Shown one piece after another: positions 12,316-23,789 of a stretch of 64,000 bases of DNA; position 1 is the stretch's first letter, and each line of letters opens with the position of its first letter. The stretch comes from Mustelus asterias (Eukaryota). The stretch covers positions 1,054,001 through 1,118,000 of the forward strand of contig NW_027590137.1 of NCBI RefSeq assembly GCF_964213995.1, written 5' to 3'. The notes beneath the pieces were generated by a model. It did no database searches. It was not told the origin of the DNA and was given only the letters and a program-made list of their open reading frames with translations. Made by a program: the position numbers and the translations under genes.

Positions 12316-13410
12316 ATAGAGTCATAGAGCAATACAGCACGGAAACAGGCCCTTAGGCCCAACTGATCCATGCCAACCATGGTGCCCTCCCAGCTAGTCC
12401 CAAATGCCCGTGTTTGGCTCATGAATTGGAAAGGATTAGAGAGATATGTACTTATCCAAATGCTTTTTAAATGTTTAAACCTGCTGTTTGAACATTCAAC
12501 CACTTTCTCTGGCAGCTCAATCCATGTACACATCACCCTCTGCATGAAGAAGTTGCCCCTCAGGTCCCTTTTAATCTTTCCCCTCTCATATTAAATCTAT
12601 GTCCTCTAGTTTTCAATTCCCCGACCCTGGCAAAAAGACAATGTGGGTTCATCCTATCTATGCCCCTCATTATTTAATACACCTCAATATAGTCACCCCA
12701 CATTCTCCAACATTCGAAGGAATAAACCCGAGCCTGTCCAACCTCTCATGATCATTCAGACCCATTAGTCCCGGCAACATCCTCATAAATCTTCTTTGCA
12801 CTCTTTACAGTTTATCAATGTTTTTCCTATAACAGGGTTACAAAAACTGTCCACAATACTCCAAGTGCAGCCTCACCAACGACTCATACAACTATAACAT
12901 AATGTCCCAACTCCTATACTCAGTGCCCTGACTGATGAAGGCCAGTGTGCTAAATGCCTTCTTCACCACTCTGTCTACCTGTGACATCACTTTCAACGAA
13001 CGATATACTTGTACTCCTGGGTTCCTCTGTTCCTCAACACTCCCCAGGGCCTTACCATTCACTGTATAAGTCCTACCCTGGTTTGACTTTCCAAAATGCA
13101 ACACTCACACTTAAGACCATAAGACATAGGAGCAGAATTAGGCCACTTGGCCCATTGAGTCTGCTCCGCCATTCAATCATGGCAGATATTTTTCTCATCC
13201 CCATTCTCCTGCCTTTTTGCGATCACCCCTGATCCCCTTATTAATCAAGAACCTATCTATCTCTGTCTTAAAGACAGTCAATGACCCGGCCTCCACAGCC
13301 TTCTGCGGCAAAGAGTTCCACAAATTCCCCACTCTCTGGCTGAAGAAATTCCTCCTTATCTCTGTTTTAAAGGATCGTCCCTTTAGCCTGAGGTTGTGCC
13401 TCTGTGCTCT
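12316..13410 (-). mobile_element. Two adjacent CR1 3' fragments (about 12316-13110 and 13115-13410)
   Basis: RT C-terminal peptides (LHFGKSNQGRTY) and CR1 terminal repeats (catagagtcatagag, cataagacatagg). Confidence 0.85.
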
Positions 13411-14503
13411 GTATTATTTGTACTGAAATCCATTTGCCAATCATCGGCTCACTTCCTTAACCGATCAACTGATGAAGATCCCCCTGTATATATATATATT
13501 TCCAGACGTCTCTTCCCTCAGAGGGCTGTTAGTCTTTTGGATTTCTCTTCTACAGGGACCAGTGGAGGCTGAGGATCATTGAATATATTCCAGTTAGACA
13601 GATCTTTGACTGACAAGGGTGTCAAGGGTTATGGGGAACAGACAAGAAGATGGAGCAAAAGCTAAGATGTGGGGGGATTTCTTCACTCAAGGATGTGGTA
13701 AAGCTTTGGAATTCTCAATCCCTGAGGACAGTGAAACCTCAGTCATCAACTACTTGCAAGAGAGCGATTGATTGGTTTTTAGATATTGAGGATATCAAGG
13801 GATATGGGTTTAGTGTGGGGAGAATGATGCTGAGGTAGATGAACGAATTATCTCATTGAATAGTTTAAAAGGCTCGATGGGCCAAATGGCCGACTGCAGC
13901 TCCTATTTGTTATGGTCTCTGTGTCCAGGACAAGAAGCAGTGAGCATGGATCTGTCAATCAGCACCTTCAGGAGAATTGGGAGGGTGAATATTAGATACA
14001 GCAGAGTGAGAATGGAGGGAGAGTGTGTGGGATGGCGATTTACAGCTTCTTGGGACTGAAATAGGAAAGAATGTTCGATAGAAACTAGAATTGTCTGTTC
14101 TGAATTTCTATCCTGTACTGATACTGATGACTTTTGTAAACTTGTTTTACAGGATATTGAAAGAGGAATCACAGGCCGAAATCTCAAACGTCACGTCTAG
14201 ATCTGACAGAGTCATATTCCATGGGAGCTGAATATCATCGGCCTTTGAATCTAGAAGGAGAAATGGTTGTCCAGTCTGTTGATTTGAAAAGATTTCAAAC
14301 ATCAGTGTGACTGGAAAAGCACCAACACACGGCCACACTGGAGTGAGAGTCTTCCAGTGCACTGACTAAAGAGCTTTAACCAGTTACACAGCCTGAATAA
14401 CTATCACACCATTCACAGCGGGGAGAGACTGTACCCGTGTTCTGTGTGTGAACAAGGCTTCAACTGATTGTCCACCCAAGGGAGAGGCAAGGACACCTGC
14501 ACC

Positions 14504-15514
14504 ATGGAGAAACCATGGAAATGTGCGGACTGTGCGAAGAGATACAGATACCCAAATGAGCTGGAAGCTCATTGGCGCAACCACATTGGGGAGAGGCCAT
14601 TCACCTGCTCTCAGTGTGGGAAGGGATTCACTCGGTTATCCATCCTGCAGTCACACCAGCGAGTTCACACTGGGGAGAGACCGTTCACCTGCTCTCAGTG
14701 TGGGAAGGGATTCACTCAGTTATCCACCCTGCAGAAACACCAGCGAGTTCACACTGGGGAGAGGCCATTCACCTGCTCTCAGTGTGGGAAGGGATTCACT
14801 CGGTTATCCATCCTGCAGTCACACCAGCGAGTTCACACTGGGGAGAGGCCGTTCACCTGCTCTCAGTGTGGGAAGGGATTCTGTGATCCATCCAGCCTGC
14901 GGATACACCAGCGGGTTCACACTGGGGAGAGGCCATTCACCTGCTCTCAGTGTGAGAAGGGATTCTGTAATCCATCCAGCCTGCTGAGACACCAGCGAGT
15001 TCACACTGGGGAGAGGCCGTTCACCTGCTCTCAGTGTGGGAAGGGATTCTATGATTCATCCAGCCTGCGGATACACCAGCGGGTTCACACTGGGGAGAGG
15101 CCATTCACCTGCTCTCAGTGTGGGAAGGGATTCACTTGGTCAAACCAGCTGCAGAGACACCAGCGAGTTCACACTGGGGAGAGGCCATTCACCTGCTCTC
15201 AGTGTGGGAAGGAATTCACTCGGTCATCCCAGCTGCAGAGACACCATGAAGTTCACACTGGGGAGAGGCCATTCACCTGCTCTCAGTGTGGGGAGGGATT
15301 CACTCAGTCATCCCACCTGCTGAGACACCAGCGAATTCACACTGGGGAGAGGCCGTTCACCTGCTCTCAGTGTGAGAAGGGATTCACTCGATTATCCAGC
15401 CTGCGGATACACCAGCGAGTTCACACTGGGGAGAGGCCATTCACCTGCTCTCAGTGTGGGAAGGGATTCAGTCTTTCATCCCAGCTGCTGAGACACCAAC
15501 GAGTTCACGAGTGA
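14504..15514 (+). CDS. C2H2 poly-zinc-finger protein, 12 fingers
   Basis: ATG in Kozak context accATGg at 14504 (MEKPWKC); 12 fingers with TGERPF-type linkers; acceptor ttttacag|GATATT near 14152. Confidence 0.93.
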   Translation: MEKPWKCADCAKRYRYPNELEAHWRNHIGERPFTCSQCGKGFTRLSILQSHQRVHTGERPFTCSQCGKGFTQLSTLQKHQRVHTGERPFTCSQCGKGFTRLSILQSHQRVHTGERPFTCSQCGKGFCDPSSLRIHQRVHTGERPFTCSQCEKGFCNPSSLLRHQRVHTGERPFTCSQCGKGFYDSSSLRIHQRVHTGERPFTCSQCGKGFTWSNQLQRHQRVHTGERPFTCSQCGKEFTRSSQLQRHHEVHTGERPFTCSQCGEGFTQSSHLLRHQRIHTGERPFTCSQCEKGFTRLSSLRIHQRVHTGERPFTCSQCGKGFSLSSQLLRHQRVHE

Positions 15515-15604
15515 TTCCAGGGGTTGGATTCTGCTGTTATTGTTTCTGCTCTCAGTTACATCCAGGACTGCATTTTGTTCATTCTCACAGTTGGTCAATG
15601 GGGA

Positions 15605-16012
15605 GGATGCTCTGATTGTGGGAAGGGATTCACTGATTCATCCGACCTGTTGAAACACCAGAGAATTCATAATAGGGAGAGGCCATTTATCTGCTCCGAG
15701 TGTGGGAAGGGATTTACTCAGTCATTCAACCTGCTAAAACACCAGCCAAGTCACACTGGAGAGAGGCCATTCACTTGCTCCAGTTGTGGGAAGGGATTTA
15801 TTGATTCATCCAGTCTGCGGAGGCACCAGCGAGTTCACACCAGGGAGAGACCATTCACCTCCTCTGATTGTGGCAAGGGATTCAGTCAATCATCCAACCT
15901 GGTAAAGCACCAGCGAATTCACACTGGGGACAGGCCATTCACCTGCTCCGTGTGTGGGAAGGGATTCACTCAATCACCTCACCTGCTGAAACACCATCAT
16001 GTTCACGAGTGA
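15605..16012 (+). pseudogene. Second five-finger C2H2 array, in frame with the upstream gene, without its own ATG
   Basis: ORF 15524-16012 starts at TTG; one finger lacks the first Cys (TSSDC). Confidence 0.75.
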
Positions 16013-16154
16013 CTGCAAGGACTGAATTTTGCTGTTAATCTCATTGAGGTCCCAACCATTTTCATTGGTGTCTGTTTCTGCTGATGTTAATAAACCCTGG
16101 CCCAGTTGTAAGATTTGTATTGTGGATTGTCTTGTCTGAGTCCTGAACTCGTAA

Positions 16155-16330
16155 ATAAAAACAAGAAGTGCTGTAAAAACTCAGCAGGTCTGACAGCATC
16201 TCTGGAGAGAGAAACAGAGCTAATGTTTTGACACTGAAGAAGAGTCACATTCAACTGGAAACATTAACTGTTCCTGTCTTTACAGATTCTGTCAGACTTA
16301 CTGAGATTTTGCAGCAACTTCTGCTTTTAG
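16155..16330. repeat. Palindromic MER6-like/Penelope-derived short repeat (relatives near 20370, 35855-36045, 42340-42810 and 54670-54760)
   Basis: Inverted arms (ctcagcaggtctgacagcatct ... agattctgtcagacttactgag) around CTGAAGA...GAAAC. Confidence 0.55.
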
Positions 16331-17039
16331 AATGACGGTGAATGCTGGATACATGAATCAGAGATTGGTGTAAAACTGGGATCTGCTCCTAAATGAAAGT
16401 GAAACAGCAGGTTAAAGTTTCCAGTCTGAAAAGTACCATGGTTGTTATACTATATATACCATTTTAAGGCTGGTTTTAACTCATTTAAAATAAACCTATT
16501 TAAAATATATTTGTTAAAGTCAGTATTAAAATATGAGTTGGATGAGTTCACAGGAGCCTGTTAACCGCTGGGACAATTATTCAACAAACATTGGATTTCC
16601 AGATAGAGAAGAAGCTGCAGTTTGTTTGCAGGAATTCCCTGTTTTATTGATGTGTGTGTGTTAGACATCAGGATAACTAAAACTGCACAAACCTGGACAT
16701 CAATGGTGATCTGATTGACAGTTACTCTGGGAATCACTCCCACTGTGAAACTTCAGCACTGACACTGCTGAATGTTGTAGGCTCAGGGAGTGGGGCCTCC
16801 AGGAGTGGACTGTAAAAAAGCTGGGTTTCAGTATCCTGACTAATATATGGTGAGGAACCAGAAAAATCCTTACTGAGGAACTCTCTGGGGTTTTACCAGT
16901 GTAGGTTCAGGGGCGAATGATTCCTGACTCCCTGAAATGTCTGATATTGAACCCAGTTTGGAACAAGATTCATTCAGTTTCCAGGAGAATAGAGACAAAT
17001 ATCACCCACAACTGAGAGAGAGAAAAACAGCCACCTTGA

Positions 17040-17560
17040 TCAATGACTTGGATGAAGCCAGAATTGATGATACAAAGATAGGTAGAAAAGCAAGTTGTGA
17101 GGTTGTGACAAAAAATCTGTAAGGGGCACAGATAAGTTACCTGAATGGACAGAAAAATGGCAGATGGAGTATAGTGCGGGAAAGTGGGAGCTTTTCCACT
17201 TTGGCAGGAAGAATAGAGAAGCAAAAAATTGTTTAAATATAGAGAAACTGAAGAATACTGCCGTAGAGAGGAATCTGGGTGACCTTGTACATGAATCGTG
17301 AAAAAATAGGATGAAGGTACAGCAAGTAAAGAAGAAGGCAAATGGAGTGTTGGACTTTACTGCAAGGGGGTGGAGTTTGAAAAAGGGAACTTGCTGCACC
17401 TACACAGGACATTGCTGAGATAGCAGCTGGAATACTGTGTACGGTTCTGGTCTCCCTACTGATGGAATGACATGCTTTCATTGGAATGAGTTCAGAGAAA
17501 GTTCACCAGGTCCATTCCTAAGATGAAGGTGTTGTCTTTTGAGGAAAGGTTGTGAAGGTG
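17040..17560 (+). mobile_element. Highly degenerate CR1 RT fragment
   Basis: DDTKIG and WQME-like remnants with many stops. Confidence 0.7.
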
Positions 17561-17934
17561 TAGGGGAGAATTCTCCCATCCCGCCCACCACAGGAATCGT
17601 AGAAGGCTGGGGGTTGGACCACACAAAGGTCCTTTGACCTCAGGGGGGGGGGATTTTCCAGTTTTGGGGCAAGTGAGGCCGCAGAATCCAACTCGTTGTC
17701 TTTTGGGGAAGGGTTGCACCTATACCCATTAGGTTTGGAAGAATGAGCAGTGAACATTCTGAAACATATAAGATTCTCATGGACAGTTGACAGGCGAGAG
17801 GCCAAGAGGATGATTCATGAAGGAGTCTTGAACTTGGTGCCACAGATCTACAAGGAAACCAAGGGTATTGTATTAGCCCTTACAGACACCAATACTTTAT
17901 CCTCAGTTTTAGTCAGGTTAGTCAGAGGTTTAGT

Positions 17935-18028
17935 CAGGTGTGGTGAAAGCTTCAACCAATCATCTGGCCTTTTGGAACATAATTGCAGTCACAGGGAGAT
18001 GCCATGGAAATGTGGGGATTGTGGGAAG
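17935..18028 (+). pseudogene. ZNF fragment truncated by a CR1 insertion
   Basis: [30 protein letters not shown] runs directly into the CR1 tail. Confidence 0.7.
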
Positions 18029-18736
18029 AACATAAGAACTAGGAGCAGGAGTAGGCCATCTGGCCCCTCGAGCCTCATGGCTGATCTTTTTGTGGACTCA
18101 GCTCCACTTACCCGCCCGCTCACCATAGCCCTTAATTCCTTTACTGTTCAATAATTTATCTATCCTTGCCTTAAAAACATTCAATGAGGTAGCCCCAACT
18201 GCTTCACTGGGCAGGGAATTCCACAGATTCACAACCCTTTGTGTGAAGAAGTTCCTCCTCAACTCAGTCCTAAATCTGCTTCCCCTTATTTTGAGGCTAT
18301 GCCCCCAAGTTCTAGTTTCACCCGCCAGTGGAAACAACTTCCCTGCTTCTATCTTATCTATTCCCTTCATAATCTTACATGTTTCTATAAGATCTCCCCT
18401 CATTCTTCTGAAATCCAATGAGTATAGCCCCAGTCTATTCAGTTTCTGCTCATAAGCCAACCCTCTCAACTCCGGAATCAACCTCGTGAATCTCCTCTGC
18501 ACCCCCTCCAGTGCCAGTATATCCTTTCTCAAGTAAGGAGACCAAAACTGTACACAGTATTCCAGGTGTGGCCTCACCAGCACCTTATACAGCTGCAACA
18601 TAATCTCGCTGTTTTTAAACTCCATCCCTCGAGCAATGAAGGACAAAATTCCATTTGCCTTCTTAATTACCTGTTGCACCTGCAAACCAACTCTTTGAGA
18701 TTCCTGCACAAGGACACCCCTGTCCCTCTGCACAGC

Positions 18737-19445
18737 GTAAGAAGTCTCACAACACCAGGTTAAAGTCCAACAGGTTTATTTGGTAGCAAATACCATAAGC
18801 TTTCGGAGCACTGCTCCTTCGTCAGATGGAGTGGAAATGTGCTCTCAAACAGTGCAAACAGACAAAATCAAATTGCAGAATACTGATTAGAATGCGAATC
18901 CTCCAGCCAGCCAGGTCTTAAAGGTACAGACAATGTGGGTGGGGGGAACAGTAAACACGGGTTAAAGAAATGTGTATTGTCTCCAGACAGAACAGCTATT
19001 AAGATTCTACAAGCCCAGGAGGCAAGCTGTGGGTGTTACTGATAATGTGACATAAATCCAACATCCCGGTTTAGGCCATCCTCATGTGTGCGGAACTTGG
19101 CTATCAGTTTCTGCTCAGCGACTCTGCGCTGTCGTGTGACGTGAAGGCCGCCTTGGAGAACGCTTACCTGAAGATCCAAGGCTGAATGCCCGTGACTGCT
19201 GAAGTGCTCCCCCACAGGAAGAGAACAGTCTTGCCTGGTGATTGTCGAGCGGTGTTCATTCATCCGTTGTCGTAGTGTCTGCATTGTTTCCCCAATGTAC
19301 CATGCCTCGGGACATCCTTTCTTGCAGCGTATCAGGTACACAATGTTGGCCGAGTTGCAAGAGTAGGTACCGTGTACCTGGTAGATGGTGTTCTCACGTG
19401 AGATGATGGCATCCGTGTCAATGATCCGGCATGTCTTGCAGAGGT
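18737..19445 (-). mobile_element. Penelope-like element 3' part: GIY-YIG endonuclease plus pseudo-LTR
   Basis: YLIRC...YIGET...LRQRMNEHR...HF...E..LI...GLNRD is the typical Penelope GIY-YIG domain. Confidence 0.9.
18793..18829 (-). ncRNA. Minimal type I hammerhead ribozyme
   Basis: Minus strand CCAT-CTGACGA-A-GGAGC-AGT-GCTCC-GAAA-GC-TT-ATGG: stem I CCAU/AUGG, stem II GGAGC/GCUCC, palindromic AGCU stem III. Confidence 0.8.
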
Positions 19446-19504
19446 TTGTTTGAGGTCATTAGGTTACATTGAAGCTTCATATGAAGCAATTTTTAAAAGC
19501 AGTA

Positions 19505-19541
19505 TCTCGGCCTTTTGGCTAAGATGCAAATGAGATCAAGT
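19505..19541 (+). pseudogene. U2 snRNA 5' fragment
   Basis: TCTCGGCCTTTTGGCTAAGAT matches U2 nt 7-27 exactly; after a 7-nt insert, AGATCAAGT matches nt 24-32. Confidence 0.75.
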
Positions 19542-21009
19542 CATAGAGGAGGAAGTGCTTTCCCTCCTCCAATCAGCTTGGCCTCTGCACAGTAGCACGC
19601 TGCAATTTTTTCCCATTTAAATAATAGTCAATTTTGCTGTTATTCCTACCAAAATGGATGACCTCACATTTACCAACATTGTACTCCATCTGCCAGACCC
19701 TCGCCCACTCACTTAGATTATCTATATCCCTTTGCAGACTTTCAGCATCCTCTGCACACTTTGCTCTTAGTGTCATCTGCGAATTTTGACACACTACACT
19801 TGGTCCCCAACTCCAAATCATCTATGTAAATCGTAAACAATTGCGGTCCCAACACTGATCCCTGAGGCACACCACTAGTCACTGATCTCCAACCAGAAAA
19901 ACACCCATTTACCCCCACTCTTTGCTTTCTGTTAGTTAACCAATCCTCTATCCATGCTAATACATTACCCGTAACACTGTGCACCTTTATCTTATGTAGC
20001 AGTCTTTGGTGCGGCACCTTGTCAAATGCCTTCTGGAAATCCAGATACACCACATCCACAGGTTCCCCATTGTCCACTGCACATGTAATGTTCTCAAATA
20101 ATTCCACCAAATTAGTCAAACATGACCTGCCCTTCATGAACCTATGCTGTGTCTTACCAATGGGACAATTTATATCCAGATGTCTCGCTATTTCTTCCCT
20201 GATGATAGATCCAAGCATTTTCCCTCCTACAGAAGTTAAGCTAACCAGCCTATAGTTACCTGCCTTTTGACTACCTCCTTTTTTAAATGTTTGCGATTTT
20301 GTGAAACCTGTTTTTGTTGTCTGAGCTGACTGGAATTAGAGCCAGAGCAGGAGTAATCCAGGGGAATGATTTGGAGATAAAGGAAAATCCAGCAGATGCT
20401 GGAATTCTGAATAAAACAGACTTGCTGAGTTTATCCAGCATTTTCTCTATTTATTATAATGATTTTGGGACCTGGGTTTGAATCCCACCACGTTTCAACA
20501 AAAATATTGATGAGCATGAATTAATTGTTGTAAAAACACATCTGGTTCTCTAATTCCCTTCAAGGAAGGAAATCTGCCGCCCTGATCCAGTCTAACCGAC
20601 ATGTGACTGGATTCACAAACAATTCAAGGGCTGACTGGGTAAACAGGGAATGTCACCATCAGAAAAACAGAGCCCCCTGGAGGGCAGAAGGGTTAGGACA
20701 GGTTACGGAGAGGTTAAAACTGTCATCATTGAGAACAACACAGACTTTAACGGAACAACTGGTCCCAAAAACAATCTCTTGTAGTTAGTGTGGCAGGGTG
20801 TGGTGAATCAGGTTTAAAAAGAGTCAAATTATATATGTTTTCTAGTTTGGACAACCACATTTAAATCTGGGACTCGGATGAGGATATGAATTGGTGTTTG
20901 GTGGTAAGATCTAAATCTGTGTATTACGCCGTGAAGCCTTAAACCCAGAGTGAGAATATTTCAAACCAGGGTTCAAAATAAATGGCTGTGGATGGTGAAT
21001 TCACTCTCA

Positions 21010-21600
21010 AAAGAAAACAAAGAAAATTACAGCACAGGAACATTCCTTCGACCCTCCAAGCCTGCACCAACCACGCTGCCCGACTGAACTGAAACCCCCT
21101 ACCCTTCTGGGGACCATATCCCTCCATTCCCATCCTATTCATGTATTTGTCAAGACGCTCCTTAAAAGTCACAATTGTATCTGCTTCCACTACCTCCCCC
21201 GGCAGCGAGTTCCAGGCACCCACCACCCTCTGGGTAAAAAATCTGCCTCGTACATCTCCTTTCAACCTTGCCCCTCGCACCTTAAACCTATGCCCCCGAG
21301 TAACTGACTCTTCTACCCTGGGAAAAAGCTTCTGACTATCCACTCTGCCCAAGCCCCTCACAATCTTGTAGACTTTGTCAGATCGCCCTCAACCTGCGTC
21401 GTTCCAGTGAGAACAAACCAGGTTTCTCCAACCTCTCCTCATAGCTAATGCCCTCCATGCCAGGCAACATCCTGGTAGATCTTTTCTGTACCCTCTCCAA
21501 AGCCTCCACATCTTTCTGGTAGTGTGGCGACCAGAATTGAACACTATATTCCAAGTGCGGCCTAACTGAGGTTCTATAAAGCTGCAACATGACTTGCCAA
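21010..21600 (-). mobile_element. CR1 3' fragment
   Basis: RPHLEYSVQFWSP and RGRFFTQRVV peptides. Confidence 0.9.
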
Positions 21601-22865
21601 AAGGCCCGCAGAAATTCTGTCTTGGGAGGAACTACTGGAAAAAATAAATCATCCTGTACATGGGAGAGACAGAAACTGTGAGGACCATCTCCTCCAATCA
21701 CAGATTCTGTCTCTCCTGATGTTGCTACATCTGCAGAGACAGTCTCAAACTGGAGGAACAGCTTTGCCACCTATTTTGAGAAAAGAAGTTCACTGACTCA
21801 GCAGCCTATCGGTGATGTGTGGAGGAGTTGTGTCTTCCTGCTACAGAACTAGTTTCATAGCAGTGTGAGCCTCAAAAGGAATGATCCGACCATCGGCAGA
21901 GCTTTCCCCATTCTGCTGAACAAGTCTTGATTATTTTTATATATCTCAGGAGGTGGGGTTTACAGCACAGGAATTTGAGTAAACAGATATTGTGAACGTA
22001 CTTACAATCACTTGGGTCGTCACATTAGAAATTGAGATCCATTCATCCAGGTTCATATTCTTAACTGCTTTTATTTGCAGTTTAACGTTCACAGACAACA
22101 TCCAGAATCCCCGGTCAGAGCTGATCTCAGCTGGTGTAGTGAGGTTATTGATGGGTTATCAATGTAAATCCACACACAATGAAGATCAGAATCGGGAGAG
22201 ATTTTTCCTGCTCCACCGTCTGAACCAGTGAACATCTGATTCAGTTACCTTGTGTCAAATAGTTAGAATTCTCATTTTGGAAAGAGAGTATGGGAGTATT
22301 TTTAAAACAAGTTAACAAAAAATATCATTCATAGATTCCAATTTAAAAGATTTAATATATACACAGTCTTCAGTATTTGTGCTATCTTATTCAAAGAAGT
22401 AAACTAACAGAAACACAAAAGGTAATGTTACTACGTGACTACATCACTAATAAAGGAGTTACTGAGAATGGAAAACGATGCCCTGGAAACCAAAAAATAG
22501 CCCTTAAAAATCAAAGAGCAGCTTTCCAGAAAATCTCAATACAAGCATTGAAAATAAATACTTTGTGCCCTGCAGATGGATCTTTCAGAGAATGAATTGT
22601 AGATTTTGCCCCAAAGATCAAATTAGAATTGAAGCAAAAGTTTTTAATTTTATTCTCAACAGGTTCCTGTGAGAGTTCTTCAGTTAAGAGGGAAGATCAC
22701 AGGTGTTGCTTTTAAAAAGTGACATTGCAGCCCCGAAAATCAGTGACATTTCCAGAATATTAAATTCCAACTAGTTATAGGGTTTGTTCACATCAGCAGA
22801 AATAAAATATTGTCAGACTGTCAATACTGAACAGCAGCAAAAACAGCAAAATCCAACCCCTGCAG

Positions 22866-23789
22866 TCACTTGTGAACTTGTTGATGTCTCAGGAGCCATT
22901 GTGACTGAGTGAATCCCTTCCCACACACAGAGCAGTTGAATGGCCTCTTAGTGTGAGTGCGTTGGTGAGCCAGCAGGTTGAAAGACTTTGCGAATCCCTT
23001 CCCACACACGGAGCAAGTGAATGGCCTCTCCCCTGTGTGAACTCGCTGGTGAGCAGAGAGGTTGGATGGCCGATTGAATCCCTTCCCGCACACGGAGCAT
23101 GTGAATGGTCTTTCTGCAGTGTGAGTGCGTCGGTGAGCAGTGAGGTTGGATGACTGCCTGAAATTCTTTCCACAGTCAGTGCAGCTGAATGGCTTCTCTT
23201 CAGTGTGAATTTTCTGGTGTCTCAGCAGGGTGGGTAAAACTGTGAATCCCTTTCCACACAAAAAGCAAGTAAACGGTCTCTCCCCAGTGTGAATTCGCTG
23301 GTGTGCAATGAGGGAGGATGCCTGTCTGAAACTCCGTCCACAGTCAGTGCAGCTGAATGGCTTCTCCTCAATGTGAACTCGCTGGTGTGACAGTAAGTGG
23401 GATGACCCAGTGAATCCCTTCCCACAGTCAGAGCAGGTGAACGGCCTCTCCCCAGTATGAACTCGCTGGTGTGACAGCAGGTGGAATGACTGAGTGAATC
23501 CCTTCCCACACACGGAGCAGATGAATGGTCTCTCCCCGGTGTGAGTGCGTTGGTGCACAGTGAGTGCTGAAGAATGCCTGAACCTCTTCCCACAGGAGGT
23601 GCAGGTGAATGGCTTTTCCTCAGTGTGAATTCTCTGGTGAGACCAAAGGCCAGATGACTGAATGAATCCCTCCCCACAGACAGAACAGGTGAACGGTCTC
23701 TCACCAGTGTGACTGCGCCGATGGTTTTCCAGCAGGGAAGGGTAACTGAATCCTTTCCCACAGTCCCCACATTTCCACGGTTTCTCCAT
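22866..23789 (-). CDS. C2H2 poly-zinc-finger protein, 11 fingers
   Basis: Intact ORF from MEKPWKC to HQQVHK*; acceptor ttttacag near 24122. Confidence 0.94.
   Translation of the reverse strand: MEKPWKCGDCGKGFSYPSLLENHRRSHTGERPFTCSVCGEGFIQSSGLWSHQRIHTEEKPFTCTSCGKRFRHSSALTVHQRTHTGERPFICSVCGKGFTQSFHLLSHQRVHTGERPFTCSDCGKGFTGSSHLLSHQRVHIEEKPFSCTDCGRSFRQASSLIAHQRIHTGERPFTCFLCGKGFTVLPTLLRHQKIHTEEKPFSCTDCGKNFRQSSNLTAHRRTHTAERPFTCSVCGKGFNRPSNLSAHQRVHTGERPFTCSVCGKGFAKSFNLLAHQRTHTKRPFNCSVCGKGFTQSQWLLRHQQVHK

Larger units (their letters stand above)
18029..20290 (-). mobile_element. 5'-truncated CR1 LINE split by an insertion at 18737-19581
   Basis: RT ORFs 19742-20218, 19573-19821 and 18098-18733 are collinear; CCTCTGCACAG is duplicated at 18725-18735 and 19582-19592. 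Confidence 0.92.

Noticed and set aside
19505-19541. Functional U2 snRNA gene
   Set aside because: Only about 30 nt match, with an insertion; the branch-point pairing region and Sm site are absent.
22280-22620. A-rich stretch resembling a decayed retroelement ORF
   Set aside because: No motif could be identified with confidence by eye.
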